This document shows, in pieces, positions 24,408 through 38,469 of a DNA stretch of 64,000 nt (position 1 is the stretch's first letter; every line of letters starts with the position of its first letter). Below the pieces are notes generated by a model. The model was not told where the DNA came from. It did no database searches and saw only the letters and a program-made list of their open reading frames with translations. The position numbers and the translations under genes were made by a program. Origin of the DNA: Perkinsus chesapeaki ATCC PRA-425 (taxonomy: Eukaryota; Protista; Perkinsozoa); NCBI GenBank assembly GCA_013115145.1, contig JAAPAO010000004.1, positions 1 through 64,000 of the forward strand, in the 5' to 3' direction.

Positions 24408-26418
24408 ATGCTTGCTGCCAAAACTGGTATAACAACTTAACAAAAGTATCGTTATGCCCTCCTTAGCCAACACTCAACCTTGGATGTATCGAAGAGGACC
24501 AGAGCCCACTCAGAAGGCCTTTACCGATCAAGGAGGACTGATGTCCGCATGGTTATCCTTTATAATGTACATATCAATCAGGTGGAGCGCCCCTATCACC
24601 ACCGTCCACAGGAGAGTAGTTGCCACCGTGGAAGACTATATGGCTGCCGAATCAGAGCTAGTAGGGGCGCCTATAGCCATTGGTTCTCGAAGGGGTTCCT
24701 GATAGTTGGCTGCTAACCGAGACCGCATAGCACTCGAGGAGCAACTGAAAGAAGTGAGATCTCGAGATGGCACAACCAATGGGGACAGACTGGAGGTAAG
24801 GGACGGTGACGACGAAGGTGAGAAAATTCTTTAGGATGAGAGAAGATATCTTCTGGCTCAGCGTGAGACGCTGACAATGCAAATTAGAGCAGAGAAGTTG
24901 GATCTGTGGAGGATGCCTGAAAAAGAGAGCCCGTCTCTGAGCGAGAACAGTGGCGTTGGTGGTGACTCACCACCTTCCGCTGCTGAGAGGCAGCAGGACC
25001 CTTCCATGGATTCATTTCACACTCCTATCGCTTTTGAGAAGGAGAACGATAAAGAGGATGACAATGCCGCCGATCGTACGAGGCTTTCTGAGCTCTCTGA
25101 CCGAACCTTGGTGCGAGCCCCAAGGGACATGTTGACAATGGCTGCTGGTCTTAGACTCCTGATGAAGGTTCGCCTACCCCTCACACTCCTCCACCAGCAC
25201 CAGCTCAGTCAAGGCGGAGCCTACCAGGAGGAGGCATGGCACTTAAGTTTGATCCTCCTCCTCGAGAGAAGCTTCCACCACCGCTGCCGAGTTATGCTAA
25301 GAAAACCACTTTCATCAACTTCAATCAATTTGATTCCGGGTACCCCACAGACGGGAACATGTCATTTTCGTAAATGTCTCTGGTAGGCTGAGCCGAAAGG
25401 AATGTTTGGCAGCTATCTCAGAGGATCCACCGAGTGTGGCGATGTACAGCAGGGATGACAACATCAGCAGTGATGGAAAGACAGCAATTATTATTAGTAA
25501 TGACCGAGCAGTCTCTAACATAATGGATGATGAGGATGATGTAATAGTAGTCACAAAGGTGTACCCTTTCAATCATGATTACTGGTATCTAACGTTGACG
25601 CGTGCATGTTAGTCATCGGTCGAAGTATCTAACGTTGACGCGTGCATGTTAGTAATATGTCGAAGTATCTCTTTCTATTTCCTCATTATTAGTGTCCTCC
25701 TCCACTTTTCAGATTATCAATGACCGTGGATGGTTGAAGAGCATGCATGCCTGCCTCTGCGCTAGTAGGCCGCCCCCCTTCCCATCACCATGACTCCTAT
25801 TCTCAGAGTTGGAAAAGGAATGCCCCGCGGGAGGTGAGCCGTTGCCTCGACCCTCTGAAGAGTCGGAGCTGCTGAAGGCTACTGCTCGGCTTCTATTGAG
25901 TGAATGCCAAACATCCATCTTGTCATCCCCTTCACCATATGCAGCTATTGTTCGATTCCTCGGTGATCAAGGTGATAAAAATAATACTACTTTATCTTAC
26001 CCAATGCTCAGTTCCGATGGTAGCGAGTCTGCCGGGGGCACCAGTGGAACCTCTACCACCATCATCCCCTCCAGTGGAGCCTCTACCACCACCAACGCCT
26101 ACATCATCCCCTCCAGTGGAACCTCTACCACCACCAACGCCTACATCATCCCCTCCAGTGGAACCTCTACCACCATCAACGCCTACATCATCCCCTCCAG
26201 TGGAACCTCTACCACCACCAACGCCTACATCATCCCCTCCAGTGGATCCTCTACCACCACCAACGCCTACATCATCCCCTCCAGTGGAGCCTCTACCACC
26301 ACCAACGCCTACATCATCCCCTCCAGTGGAGCCTCTACCACCATCAACGCCTACATCATCCCCTCCAGTGGAACCTCTACCACCATCATGTCCTCCAAGT
26401 GAGGATGTCTTTAATTAA
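24408..26418 (+). CDS. Uncharacterised multi-exon protein with a Pro-rich C-terminal repeat; may be more than one gene
   Basis: Several + strand exon-like ORFs. An intron after ...FLGDQ switches into the PVEPLPPPTPTSSP frame. Confidence 0.4.
25585..25670. repeat. 40-bp tandem duplication (about 2.2 copies)
   Basis: GTATCTAACGTTGACGCGTGCATGTTAGT recurs; GTATCT starts at 25585, 25625 and 25665. Confidence 0.9.
26041..26395 (+). repeat. 42-bp coding minisatellite (about 8 copies)
   Basis: Unit CCAGTGGAACCTCTACCACCACCAACGCCTACATCATCCCCT, encoding PVEPLPPPTPTSSP. Confidence 0.95.
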
Positions 26419-26489
26419 CATGTACGTTTCATCGGTTTTTATGTTTTGTTTTTCTATACTTAATAATACAAATCATTAATCACTCGTAC

Positions 26490-28970
26490 AGAAACACTAA
26501 TAGTAGATTATCGCTTTCTGTTCGCAGACGCCGCCATATTGCCTCCACCGATGAACCCAAAAGCCGATGAGCATGGTCGAACAGCAGGAGCAGCTGCTGC
26601 TGCGGCTTGTTGGGGGTAAACCTACAATACATCACCGTTTTAGTAACCATCATCAACTACTCACATTAGAAGGAGCCGGATGCTGTTGCTGCTGTGCTGC
26701 TGCCGCTTTGGCTGCTTCCTTTGCAAAGATATCATCCAATTGCTGCCCACCAGGTGTATCCAATCCTCCAGAGTATGACCGCGTCGCCACGAAACTCTGC
26801 TGTTGTTGTTGTTGCTGCCGTAATGATCCATTAGTCTGCAGGCTACCCCCTGCCAAATCGGGGAGCAAGGTCGTGGCCTGCTGAGTTGGGAGTATCTTCG
26901 ACGGTGATTGTTGCATTCCAAAGATATCAGACTTTGGAGATAAATCAGGCAGCAGTGTCGTCTGGCTACTGCCAACTTGTGCAGCTGGTTGTTGTTGCTG
27001 CCCCAAATTCAATGCATATAAATCGACCTCGGGCCCTGCTTTAGGCTTCACAATTGGGGCAGCATCAATAAGGTCAGCCTCCCCCATGAGCAGTAGATCG
27101 TCATCTCCCCCCTCCTTTGCCACATCACCTTTCTTCCCATCATCCGTATCACCTCCTCCTAAATCCAACAGGTCCGGCATGGTGGCTGCTTCAGCAGCCT
27201 TGGCTGGTCGATGATGCTGCTGCTGTTGGTGGCCAGAACCCTGGAGTGCTCGGCTAACTCGAGCCGCGGTAGCCCGACAAATTTGAGGGAGACCTTGGGG
27301 ATCGGAAACACACTCTGTACAGATATCCCGGACCTGTCATTAATTTCGTGGCGCAGTGACTACTACGATAAAGGCCTGGTAGTAGTATTACCTCCTCTTT
27401 ATCAGCTAAGCCTTCAACTGCCCTCAATGCTCGAAGTCTGGCCTGGGGCGGACCCTTGGTGATTCGAGCTGCCAACTCGGATGCTATCTCGTTCATGTCG
27501 TACTCAGATGATGAATCACCATTTACTCTGTTTAAAAATACCTACGAGTATCTTTTCGCACCCGGAAGATTTTTGCCCATTTATTACCCCAACAGCAACC
27601 GATCCATTAGCCAGTTGACTGACTAACCGATACTCCGCCGTTCGATGCTCCACAGGCGGCGCTGATACCGATGCTCTATCCACAGCAGCAGCAGACTAGA
27701 TTGGAAATAATACCATTAACTACGGAGCGAAGCAGCAGCAGCCACTACTACTACTTTGTCGACTGATGGTGGGACCCACATTCCTCTATCTGCTGCGTAT
27801 TGCTGATTATACGTATTATTATATTGTCCTTGCTGGGGTGAAGGATACCCTCCATTATAGGTCGGTGTAGGACTGATAACATACTCCTCACACCTCCATC
27901 ATCATATACTAACCCGTAGCCTGAATAGCTGTGCTGAGGCCCGCCAGAGGGAACAGTCGAACCACCGCCATGCCATCTTTGGTAAGCCGATGACAAAACA
28001 CTAGCAGCACTGGCAGCTGCCTGACCGACCTTACCAGCGATCGCGCTGGCTGTCGAGCCAGCCTATAGATGATATCAATATAAATCAAATGCAACATCGT
28101 ACCTGATTGCTGCTGCTGTTGTTGAAGTCATTAAATTCAGGATTGCCAAAGCCTTGCATTCTCCCTGTAGTGATAGGAGGTCCTGGATAGACCCCACCTA
28201 CAGGCTGATGGCTCTTAGCTAATACAAGGTTTGCTATTACCAGGGTAAGGCAAAGGCTGCTGCTGTTGCTGGGGTGCAGCCCCACCCCAGGACGGAGGAG
28301 GAGGAGGCCCAGCGATACCACTACCATCCGATCCGAAACCCTATAAATAATTATACCACATTTCCTCCTGATGATCCCCGTTATAACCTTGATTCGGTCA
28401 TGGAAACCAGAATGGGAGGCCGGAGCAGCTGTGGAGGGCTGACCAATGGTTGTCTCGTTAAATATCATTTTTAAAGCTTCCTCTGCTTCCTCTCGTACTG
28501 CCTTATTTGGGGCATCACCACGAAGAGGATCCACAGGGCCACGGAACATTCGACATGACTTCACTACGTCAGCTCGTCTACATTAACGGCATACCGTAAA
28601 TTCCTTCAATTGTATAGTACCGTTGCATCCTCTTTTTAAAGTCCATACTGGCCTGTACTTGAGCATCGGGATCCAAGATATTTCTGAGGTTGAATGGAGG
28701 TCCTCCATATAGGACAGGAATCTTTCCCACCTTATTATTCTCAGACATTTGAATTTAACATTGGCGTCGTCTTTTGATGCTATCTTGTTGCAAAGGTAAT
28801 CCTCCAATTGATGAGACCCGTTGGGAGCATAGGTCATCTCTGATAGATATCATAGCTCGAATCATGCAAGATAGAGAACAGGTTATATTACTCGCTATTT
28901 CAAGATACATATATCCTGGTGTAGGCTGTGCATCTGCAGTAGTTGCTTTATTAAGCAGTCCTCTATCCAT
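26490..28970 (-). CDS. TEPSIN: Tepsin (ENTH/VHS, AP-4 accessory)-like, multi-exon; 3' end approximate
   Basis: MDRGLLNKATTADAQPTPGYMYLEIA, LEDYL...VKFKCLRII, DPLRGDAPNKAVREEAEEA; second helical domain and a low-complexity tail. Confidence 0.75.
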
Positions 28971-29364
28971 TTAAACAGTCAAACCAGTGGGTGGAAAATT
29001 GACAGAAAGGATAACCACTACATTAAACCTCATCACGAGCCGACAATAGGCATCAAGTTAAAGATGTATTCGATGATTTGTACTATACAAAGAGAGGGTT
29101 CACATCAGTTTAGGAATTGGTATCCAACAATCACAATGAACTACTACATCACTTTAAACAGAAATGTTCACAGGTGGCGGTGATGGCATAATTACATCGG
29201 ACATTATACAAGCTATCTTAGCAGCTTAAGAGCGTGAAAAGTGAATTGGCAGCATTACACTAAGAACGTACTAGTAGTTTGGAGGACAACGGAAAACATG
29301 AATTTCGCGGCGCGTGACTTTATTCCTGTCCATCCATCCGTCTCCTCTCATCGCTGTTGTTATT

Positions 29365-31091
29365 ATGGGTGAGCGTGGTCAACAGATCGTGTCTGGTGTT
29401 AATCATATAGGGTCAGAGGAGGCAACCTTCCCTATAGTTTGTGAGACATGTCTTGGTAATATATTATATATAATAGACAATATTTAAGGTTAGGTGATAA
29501 CCCCTATGTGAGGATGCAAAAGGAGCCTATGGGAGATGAATGTAAAATATGTGAAAGACCATATACATTATTCAGATGGAAGGCTGGATCAAAAGGAAGG
29601 TACCGTATTATGTTGGTGTGCAATAATAATATTATAGTAGACAATAATAAGCCTTGTTGGTTCACGTCGTCCTTAATGATGATGTTGTTGGTATGGTTGC
29701 TGCTGTTATTATCAGATACAAGCAGACTGTCATTTGCCAGAACTGCGCCAGAATGAAGAATGTCTGTCAAGTATGTATCTTTGATTTAGACTTCGGTCTA
29801 CCAGTACAGGTCAGAGATAAGGTGAGCTTCATCCATGCATTTCGTACTCAGAAAGATACCTCACGTTAAATGAATCCACCCTGTGTCCTTCCATCAGTCG
29901 AGGCTCACCCATTTCATTCATCCTCCTCTTTTTTATATAAGATTCTGTCCTTAGTTCCTTTCCGAAGCCGAGAAGTTGTCTCTTCCCGAGTCAACCGTCG
30001 GTCGGGACTACCAAGCCCTCAATAACTCTCAGAACGCTAACCCAGCATTGACCTACGGCAAATTGAAGCATCATCCGATGCTTAAGAAGGTACTTATATT
30101 GCTTAGTGGTGGAACACGTAGTTATCGCAGTTGGCTCGAACAGCACCTTACTACGAACGAAATCAAGCCAGGATATGTTCCTTCTTTGTTAAGGGGACTT
30201 GTAACAGAGGAGATGAATGCCCGTAGGAGTGACAGCTCATATGGGAGGAGTAATGCTATAGGTATCGCCATGAAATGCCTAAAGACAACGGTTTGGATGA
30301 TCAGAACATCCGAGATAGGTGAGTGGCAGTGACAGGAGGGGTGTTAGTAGGGGTTGATGTAGGTATCATGGTACAGATGATCCGGTGGCGAAGAAGATAT
30401 TAAAACAAGCTGCCGAGAAATTCCAATTGGAGGCTCCTGAGGACACGTCAGTGACTACGCTGTATATTGGTAGTATGGGGTACTGCTGGGGGAGGGAGGG
30501 AGGGCCATAGGCATCCGCCGTGGTCCGCCGTGCTAAGGGGTTGCTTATTAGGTGGCATCGATCCAACTGCTCAAATTGCAGAGAGTAATATACGTGCAGC
30601 ATTTGAGGAGTTTGGACAGATTGATTCGATCGTAATGGTCGAGAAATCAAACTGTAAACTGCTTCCTCGTATCCGCATCACCTATGGTCTCTCAGGCGCA
30701 TTTGTCGAGTTCACCAGCCGTCAGTCAGCTGAGAAAGCAGCTGCTGAGAAGGGCGGCAGCAATTTGGTTATCAACGGGGCGGTAGCATTAACCACGTTAT
30801 GCACTATGCGGCTTATCGTCCTCATTTCAGCGTCTCCGAGTGTCCTGGGCCAAGCCTAAGCGGGGTGCTATGTCCTCATCAGCTTTGGTGCAGGCTGCTG
30901 CAGAGGGATCAGCTGTTAAACAGTAATATTAATGATTAGTGGGTTACTAGGTCATCGCTGTGTATAGGACTGCATTGGCACCCGCTGGCTCTGGGGTGTA
31001 TCCTAGTATGAACCCAATGGTACAAGGCAATGCCCCCATCCCTATGGCCACGGCAGAGCAGCGAGCTCGTCAGGATCAGAGGCAGCAATAG
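29365..31091 (+). CDS. RBM22: Pre-mRNA splicing factor RBM22/Slt11 (zinc finger plus RRM), multi-exon
   Basis: [59 protein letters not shown]. Confidence 0.93.
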
Positions 31092-31661
31092 GAGCTCCTT
31101 CAAGTCTATTAAAATGTATTCCTGCTGACGTATTTGAGACACCTCTCTCTCTGGGACCTGATGGTCTCTATTCTGTACCTTTAGAGATTGCCGTGTTTAT
31201 GCGTTATGTCAATAGAAGTTGGGATGAATGACGCTGATCAGTTGTGAAATGTTCAAACCAAACTCTCGCAGCGTCTCTCCGACTAGTTCGTCATCCCCTT
31301 TTGATTGTGTGGCAGAAGTTATGGTTCAATCATGTCCCAAGGGAGGGCTTGCTAGTCCATTGGAAAGGAGTGGGCCGTTGGTGGCAGCCAATCCTTTCCT
31401 GGCTGATTTAGATTCCGCCACTACAGACAGTTATCCATTCTTGCTTGGACGCCATAGAGTTACTGCGAATGCTCCGACGGAATTCGCTTCCATTGAGAAG
31501 GATCAATGCGCGGTTAGCTTCAGCACAGTCTCTAGTGGAACAGACATTATAGCATCCGAAGCTTCGAGTGACGAACCGAAGCCCAGACGATGGCGGAGTG
31601 TACGATGCTTGATGCGAGAGAAAAGCCGAAAAATGAACCGTCAAAATTTGTGATGGATAAG

Positions 31662-31734
31662 TTCCGATGCGGGGACTCGAACCCCGGTCGCGTGGGTGAG
31701 AGCCACGAATCCTAACCAGCTAGACTACATCGGA
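31662..31734 (-). tRNA. tRNA-Glu(CTC)
   Basis: TCCGATG acceptor, CGTGG-CT-CTC-AC-CCACG anticodon arm, GGTTCGAGTCC T-loop. Confidence 0.96.
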
Positions 31735-31795
31735 ATATGATGCTACATGAAGCTGCGGCGGCTCATCAGAGCGAATGTCTGAGCCTCAGTGTAAA

Positions 31796-31869
31796 TACTG
31801 GAACCGAGAATCGAACTCGGGACCTACTGCGTGTTAGGCAGTCGTCATAACCAACTAGACCATTCCAGC
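31796..31869 (-). tRNA. tRNA-Val(AAC)
   Basis: GCTGGAA acceptor, ACTGC-CT-AAC-AC-GCAGT anticodon arm, GAGTTCGATTC T-loop. Confidence 0.96.
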
Positions 31870-32394
31870 TGCTGAATGTTCCGATCTTCATCTGCTGCTG
31901 TGTGATCGGGAAAGCATAACTTAATCACCTATTGCTAATCATATGAAGTAATTTCATGTCTTAACACAGAAACGGTGTGTTTGATGTGCACTTCGAAAGT
32001 CTTTAGTTTAGTCGATACAAAAAGTGGCATAACTTCATCATGAGTTTAATTATCTCGGTGAGTACTCCATCGTTCTGTTAGAACACCATGAAAAAGGCAC
32101 AGTATCTACGCCTTCTGTAGCGCTACGTTACTAACGTAATCACTGAAGAATTGCATGGTTTTCGAATCATCTGGTTTTCCGCGCTTCGTACCGATAATAG
32201 ACCGTTATGATACTCTCTCTTATTGACTTCAGCAATTCGAACACAGCAAAAAGGTACATTTGTGAAACTGTAGGAGTAACGTTGGTTAAGTGAAGTAGTA
32301 GCAACTTGTACACCTTCACTTTAAAGGGGTTCATTAATGAGCCTTCTTCCTGAGTTATCAAATAAGTATCCAAGCCATTCCAGTCTACCGTTCC

Positions 32395-33663
32395 TCACTT
32401 CTTAGAGCCACCGGACTGCGCCTTCTCCTCCTTTCGGGCTGCCTCATGAAGTGTTTGTCCCCATCCTGCTGCCTTCTTCTTATCAACCTTCACTGTACCA
32501 GCAGCAGTGGTCTCACCCTTCAACAAACGACCGACCATCGCAAGATTCTTGGACTTCTCCTCATTAATAGGAGTCTGTCAGTATGAAAAAATAACACCGC
32601 CATTGCCCGCCCCCCTTTGAACGTACAGCTGTGTTAACCTTCCTACGCTTCGAAACTGGCACCTCCTTCTCGTTTTTCTGTCGCTTGTCGAACCTGCGGC
32701 CATAACGGCCTCATGCCAATCATCATAATTAGCCCATCAGACTCACTTGCCACTTGATGCGGAACTTTTTTGGGCTCGAGCTAAACTCTCTCTAAGATTG
32801 ATGGTACCGCGCTTGATAGAGCCCAACTCAGGTCCACCGGATATGCCTAAATAATAGTCTACTACACGTGTGGGATTATCTTACCAGCTGGCATCTTCTT
32901 TCCAACACCCTCGAGTTGATTTCTCATCTCACGGACCTTCTGCTTGGCTTGGCTGAGCTTCTCGATAGCCTTCTGCTTGGCGAAAGGATCCTCATACCTT
33001 CAAGAAATGCCCTTACCGAGGATCGAACCAACGACCTTCCCCTACGGATTGTCTCCACGGTCTTCATTAACCTCCACCAACCAGTTCATCTTCTCCTGGT
33101 TATGCTTAATAGAGTTATGACCCCATCTTGGAACCCAATCCTTAGATGTCTCATCCCACACCATTCTACTGCGCTTCTTCTTAGCGTCCAATCCCTTCTC
33201 CTTAGCAAACTTCTCCCACCTAAATCACTCACTCCCCCAAGCTGTGGAGGTCTACCGTACCTCGTCATAGGCTTGGGCTTAGGAAGAGGCTTCTCACGGG
33301 GCAATCGGACGACCAATCCCTCGGGTTGACGAGCTAGTTGGCTCGCCTAACAAGGAAGGCCCCATGCAAGGCAATCCACTGAAGCCTTGGACTACCTCGG
33401 GCAGTGTGGCAAAGACAGGTCCCTCGGCGGTTCCAGCCGACTCAGTTCGCAAATCAAATATGTGATTGATGAGAAGCTGTGCGTTATCCCGAGCTGAACG
33501 GTACCATAGACACCTCAGCCTTCCAGCAGATACTACCTATAGCTTCCAAATCATCCTTTTTAGGGTCGATATGACCGATATCGAAGGCTGCTAGATCACA
33601 GAGCTGATAGGAGAGATTATCCTCCTTTTCGGGGTAAGGGGAACGAAGAGCTTTTGTGGACAT
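32395..33663 (-). CDS. RRS1: Ribosome biogenesis regulator RRS1, multi-exon
   Basis: DLAAFD, RDNAQLLINHIF, LPREKPLPKPKPMT, WEKFAKEKG, MVWDETSKDWVPRWG. Confidence 0.9.
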
Positions 33664-33749
33664 TATACAGAGATTAACCCCCTAGAGAGGGATAAAGGAG
33701 CCCCCAGGTAACGCAATAAAATGTAGAATAGGACAACACATCAAGATAA

Positions 33750-34640
33750 CAGAGAGGACATGCCACACTACTTATGCTACTTTATTCTGGTCAGCTCCAG
33801 TGAATCCAGATTTAACCTTCACACTACTAGGAAGGGGTTCCTGGCAGTTGAGCTCTCCGTTAATGTTACTCACTTCACAATTACGAAGGTATATGTAATA
33901 CTAAGAATACAATAAAACCGCCCCCCCCCAACATGGTCACTACATTAAGCTCATGATTCTGGCCCTTTACTAAAGATGGTTCATCCAAAAGAGTAAGCCT
34001 GGCAGTAAAGGTCTTCAACTCACCAGAGTCCTTATCACGACCAGGAATGAATACCAGAAGGTGGCCCTTATGTCTGACAGCAGGATAGGCATGGTTGCTA
34101 CGGTGTAGTAGTATAGCTGCTACAGTGTAACAGATGGCTGCTTCTTCCCTTTATCCCAATCACCGTCGTTACACCAATACACTCCACCACGCTTGACGAT
34201 ATCGGCATGCTGAACTCTACAGTTGCTGATAACTCCACTTGCCTGATTCATAGTGGTGACACGGAAATGTGTGTCACCAGTAGTACCTTAATGAAGGTAA
34301 AGTATTCCACCCCGCCGTGGGCAGCAGTTTCGGTAGGATCGGATATGCCGAAGTCGTCGACTTGAGCCTTCTCAACGACGCAGCTGTCCAAATCATTTTC
34401 CTCGCACATTTGAAATGTCACGCTGTGAAGACTTTCTCCAAGAGAGGAGGCAGGAACAGAAGCGTCCCTGATCGAGCAAAGGTTAGCGAGTTGACCTACG
34501 TAGCATCTTGCACGGTCGACCTAAGATAGTACCTCTTTATTCCATCAGCCAGATAAGCTAAAGCCCCTACAATGAGCAGGATTGGTGATGGCATACGAAG
34601 AGGCTTGGAAAGCAAAGCAATGACCTGAGGAAGTAAGCCC
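33750..34640 (-). CDS. Uncharacterised multi-exon protein
   Basis: Exon-like segments GDTHFRVTTMNQASGVISNCRVQHADIVKRGGVYWCNDGDWDKG and GHLLVFIPGRDKDSGELKTF; family not recognised. Confidence 0.4.
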
Positions 34641-35199
34641 TTTCCATCGTGCCACGATTTGTCAAATTTCTGACTTGTTCGAGTTTATAGCGCGCGCCAC
34701 TCTAATCGATTACTGTTGCCGTGACCTCTTCATATCGATCCATCTTGCCTTTTATGATTCCTTTTCAATCGGGAGCTGTTGGAGTAGCCGGTTCGGTGGC
34801 ACGGACGGTTGGTGCGGCAACTAGAGTACAGTTGGGAATACCTACTATAGTCGATGGGTTCAATAGGGATAGGTTTACAATGGCTCATGATGGGGGATTC
34901 AAACTCAATGTGAGCCGTATCTTAGCTTCACGCGAGCAAGATACGTAATAGGTCAAGTTTTAGTTACATTCCTGGCATCTTCTTGGCACCAAAGACCGTT
35001 CCCCTTGGCTAACTCGTAGTCTTATCGATACTTTAACCGTTGGTTTGAGCATCGATGCCCCCGAATTAAAGGATCCAGCTGCCCATATAACATACGATGA
35101 ACGACTGTAAAGGGAACACTAGTGATGCCGTATAACAGATTTAATAGGTATCATTTGGCTACTAGAGGTGGACACTATGGAGTTAGTCCACCTGTTCTG

Positions 35200-38142
35200 A
35201 TGGATGCTGGTGTTATAGTAGCTGATTTGGGGCCTGTTCAGTAGGAAGGGACTCGTTGATACACAAGAAACTGATTGAATAGCTAATTGTGCCATCATCG
35301 CTCCTCAGTGCTCGACTAGTCCTTGGTATGTTCCTAGAGGACATGCAGTTGCCATCGGTGCTGTGGAGTGCCGATATCAGCTCAGTTAAAGGCTTCCGTC
35401 CACAACCGTTTGGAGGTACACCTTTTAGCCACCCTAGAGTCACCATACTGCTCAGAGACCCTTCGATCACGGCTAGAGGAGATGAGGAGGACTCTCGAAG
35501 AGGGAGAAGGTGGTGAAGATATCGGGGATGATGGTGAGCCATTGCCCAGTGTACGGAGAAGGGTGTTTAAGTTTGGGTTATGATTTCATGTGAGTCGTTT
35601 CTGTTGGCGGTATGGTTGAGTTGTATATGAGGTGAAGGATATAGCTGTTGTTGTTTTCAAATGGCTGGTAAAGGAAGGCCACTATCATCGATATTAAATA
35701 ATCGTCCGCTAGAATTGTTGCCTAGTGGATCGGCCAGTATATTACCCGAACAGCTCTTTGCTAGTATGACAGAGATGGGAAGGAATGCTGCTAGTGGTAA
35801 TAGGGAAGAGCGAGGAGGCGGAGAAGGAGGCTTTCAATTATCCCGGAACTTTGTTATGGTTGTCGGGTGTTAATTTCAGCCGGTCTATGGTAACAATATT
35901 ATCGGATTGTTGTCAAGCTGTTGGTAGGGAATGATAGTTAGCGGTAGCAGACTGCTTTGCAGAGGAAGAGCAGCAGCAGCAGCAGGTGGTCGTGGTGGTA
36001 GTCTAAAGCGTGTCACAGATATTCAGGAATCCATTAAATGCTGTAAACCCCTCCTATTAGCTTGTGTACATATTAGACACAGCTTAGACGCCATATATGA
36101 TGTATTAGGTCTGAACGGCTAGTCTGATAGGAACCCATTGTGTGTTTGTAGTTGTACGAGAAGCATTAGTTCCTCTCGAAAGGCCAGGCATGCAGGATGA
36201 GGGTGGTTTCGGGAGGTATCCAATATTTCCACTGGGAGACGAAGAGAGGAGTATCTTGGCTCGAGGGGATCCGATAGGGTTTAAGGCTAAGTTGGAGATA
36301 GAGGATAGCAGCAGCTCTAGCAGTAGCAGCAGTCGTATGGTTGTCAGGGCCTACGATACAGGTAGGGGCAAACGGGGAATATAAAGGAACGAAAGGATGT
36401 TATTAGAAGTAATGTATTTGATGATGTTCACTGTTGTCGTTGTCGTACTAGTAATCCTTTTCGGCTTTTAATAACTATTCGCATTTGTATGACACGAAGT
36501 AGGCGGCGTATTGCACTAGTCAGGGAGTGTATTGAGTGAATGCTTATCAGATAGTGGCTTTCCGATCGGTATTCGATGTCGATGGTACAGGAAGTATCCT
36601 CAATACTGCTGTAAATCCTTGGGTGAGCCGTTGTATGAAATAATGGTTGGAAATAGTAGCTCCTATGAGATCTCTCCGGATGATGTCGGTTGTATGGTGC
36701 TAGTGGAGGTTGAAGGAGTTGGGTGTAGAGGAAGGGCTTTGTTTATGAGTAAAGGGCCAATGGAGATGGATGTCGGGACTAGACGAACAATTGATAATAT
36801 AGTGGCAGCTGGCGGTACACGGTTTCAAGTGCATTGGATATCGGAGAGTGGCGGCGGGGGAGAGGAGGAGGAGTTCGATGCGATCATGCAGCTTGCTAGG
36901 GAAGAGGTAATAATAAAAGAGTGGTTGGGATGGCAGGGATTAGTTGTAGGTTCGGCTGATCGTCACTGCGCCACGAAATTCGCAGTCTCCGAGGGCTTGC
37001 AAGTATAGTAGTGAGTATCCTGTGGTTAGGATAGATCCATGTGGGCATCGTTCGAGATTTGATGTTGTGGTGGGTAGAGGGGAGGTGTGGAAGTTAAGGG
37101 CATTGAGCCGACAGGCAAGGGACTTGGCGGTCCTGGCGATGAGGTCATTGAAAGGGTTGCATCTTTATGCAGTTAGCAGGTCGTTGGTTGAAGGGGAAAT
37201 GGGAGAAGGGGGAGGGAAGATGCTGATGGTTATTGAAATGGAGAGATTGAGGAGTAAAGTGGCGGGGCTTATAGGGGAGGTAGAAGATACGGGGAGAAAG
37301 TGGAAGAAGGCTATGGCTGAGAAACAGGCGTTGGCTGATCAATTAACTGATACTATAGAGGCTTATACTAAGGTAGGGGGGATATATGCAATTTAGATAG
37401 GCAGAGAAAACCTCAGCAACCTTACCGCTACGCTGAGGGATAGATTGGTTGTGATGGTATGTAGTTTTGATAGGTGATGGAATGTGGCAGCAGCAGCCTT
37501 GAGGGGGTGATGTATCGACCGGCTCGGGAGATGGATGCTGAGGCTGGTGATGGAATGGTGGAGGAAGAAGTAGAAGAGGACCTCCGCCTTAATAACAAAC
37601 ATCTAACGGCAGAAGTTAAAACGCTTCGGGCGGAGTTATTGAAAATGAAGGTGATAAAAAAGGAGGGGCTGGGGATAGAACCGAGGACCTTTCGAATGGG
37701 AGTGACCCTTCTTAGCGAGAATCCTCGGCTGATATTACTCTACTGCGGGTGCGAGAAGCAGAAGAACTGAATGCTGAGCTTAATCGTGCGAGGAAGACTG
37801 TTGAGGAAATGCAAGAGGTGCAAGATGTGCAAGTGAAGCGGCTGGAACGGCAGAAGGTGGCGGTTGAAGAGGAGAGAGATCAGCTGAAGGAGGAGGTCGC
37901 AGAGTTGTCGGAAATGTATTTGAAAGTTTGGTATGGGAAGAATCTTCGCAGTGCGAAAAGATTCCTTTAGGTCGTCCAAGGGACCTTGTACGGTAGATGA
38001 CGGATTGGTGAGTGAGTTGATAAAAGAAGTTAATCGATTGAAGGAGGAGAATGTCTCTTTACGGTCGCGGGTTAGGAAGTTAGTGGCGAGGAATGAGGTG
38101 GTTAAAGTGGAAGAGAAGGATGGCTTGCCTGATGGTATCTAA
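35200..38142 (+). CDS. Uncharacterised protein with an Ig-like/PH-like region and C-terminal coiled coil, multi-exon
   Basis: CRWYR...YEISPDDVGCMVLVEV...GPMEMD resembles A9/SCAB-type Ig domains (inference), followed by heptad-rich exons. Start approximate. Confidence 0.5.
37651..37715 (+). other. 65-nt intron containing an antisense tRNA-Ala-like 3' half plus T6
   Basis: Reverse complement: CGAAAGGTC-CTCGG-TTCTATC-CCCAG-CCCCTCC-TTTTTT. Removing the intron joins LKMK|RESSADITLLRVREAEEL in frame. Confidence 0.75.
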
Positions 38143-38469
38143 AAATCTTACGAGTGCGTATTTGATGATAGCATGTATTTGAACATTTCTAGATGCTTTG
38201 TAGTAGTAGTCGTGTTGGGTGGTAGCATGAAGCTACTATTGGATGATGGGGGCTACACTTATTGGGTTATGAACCGCATCAGCACAGCGACTAGAGTCTC
38301 TAATAGAGGACACCCTGCAAAGTTTAATAGATTTTAATGATTAAGCAAATAGAGACAACTTGTCGAATGGACTATGTTATATTGTAATATACAGTAGCTG
38401 ATAGGTTTATATTGTATATAATTGATATAACGCATATTCACAATGTCATCTTAGTAGTTCTTCTCGATT

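Noticed and set aside
26041-26395. CRISPR-like array
   Set aside because: The repeats are contiguous with no unique spacers, they are coding, the context is eukaryotic and there are no cas genes.
25809-26402. Mucin-like Thr/Ser reading (SSGTSTTTNAYIIP) of the 42-bp repeat
   Set aside because: It requires reading through an AT-rich GT-AG intron at about 25972-26011; splicing gives the Pro-rich frame.
31228-31653. 141-aa + strand ORF between RBM22 and tRNA-Glu
   Set aside because: No recognisable domain or start context; cannot be supported without expression data.
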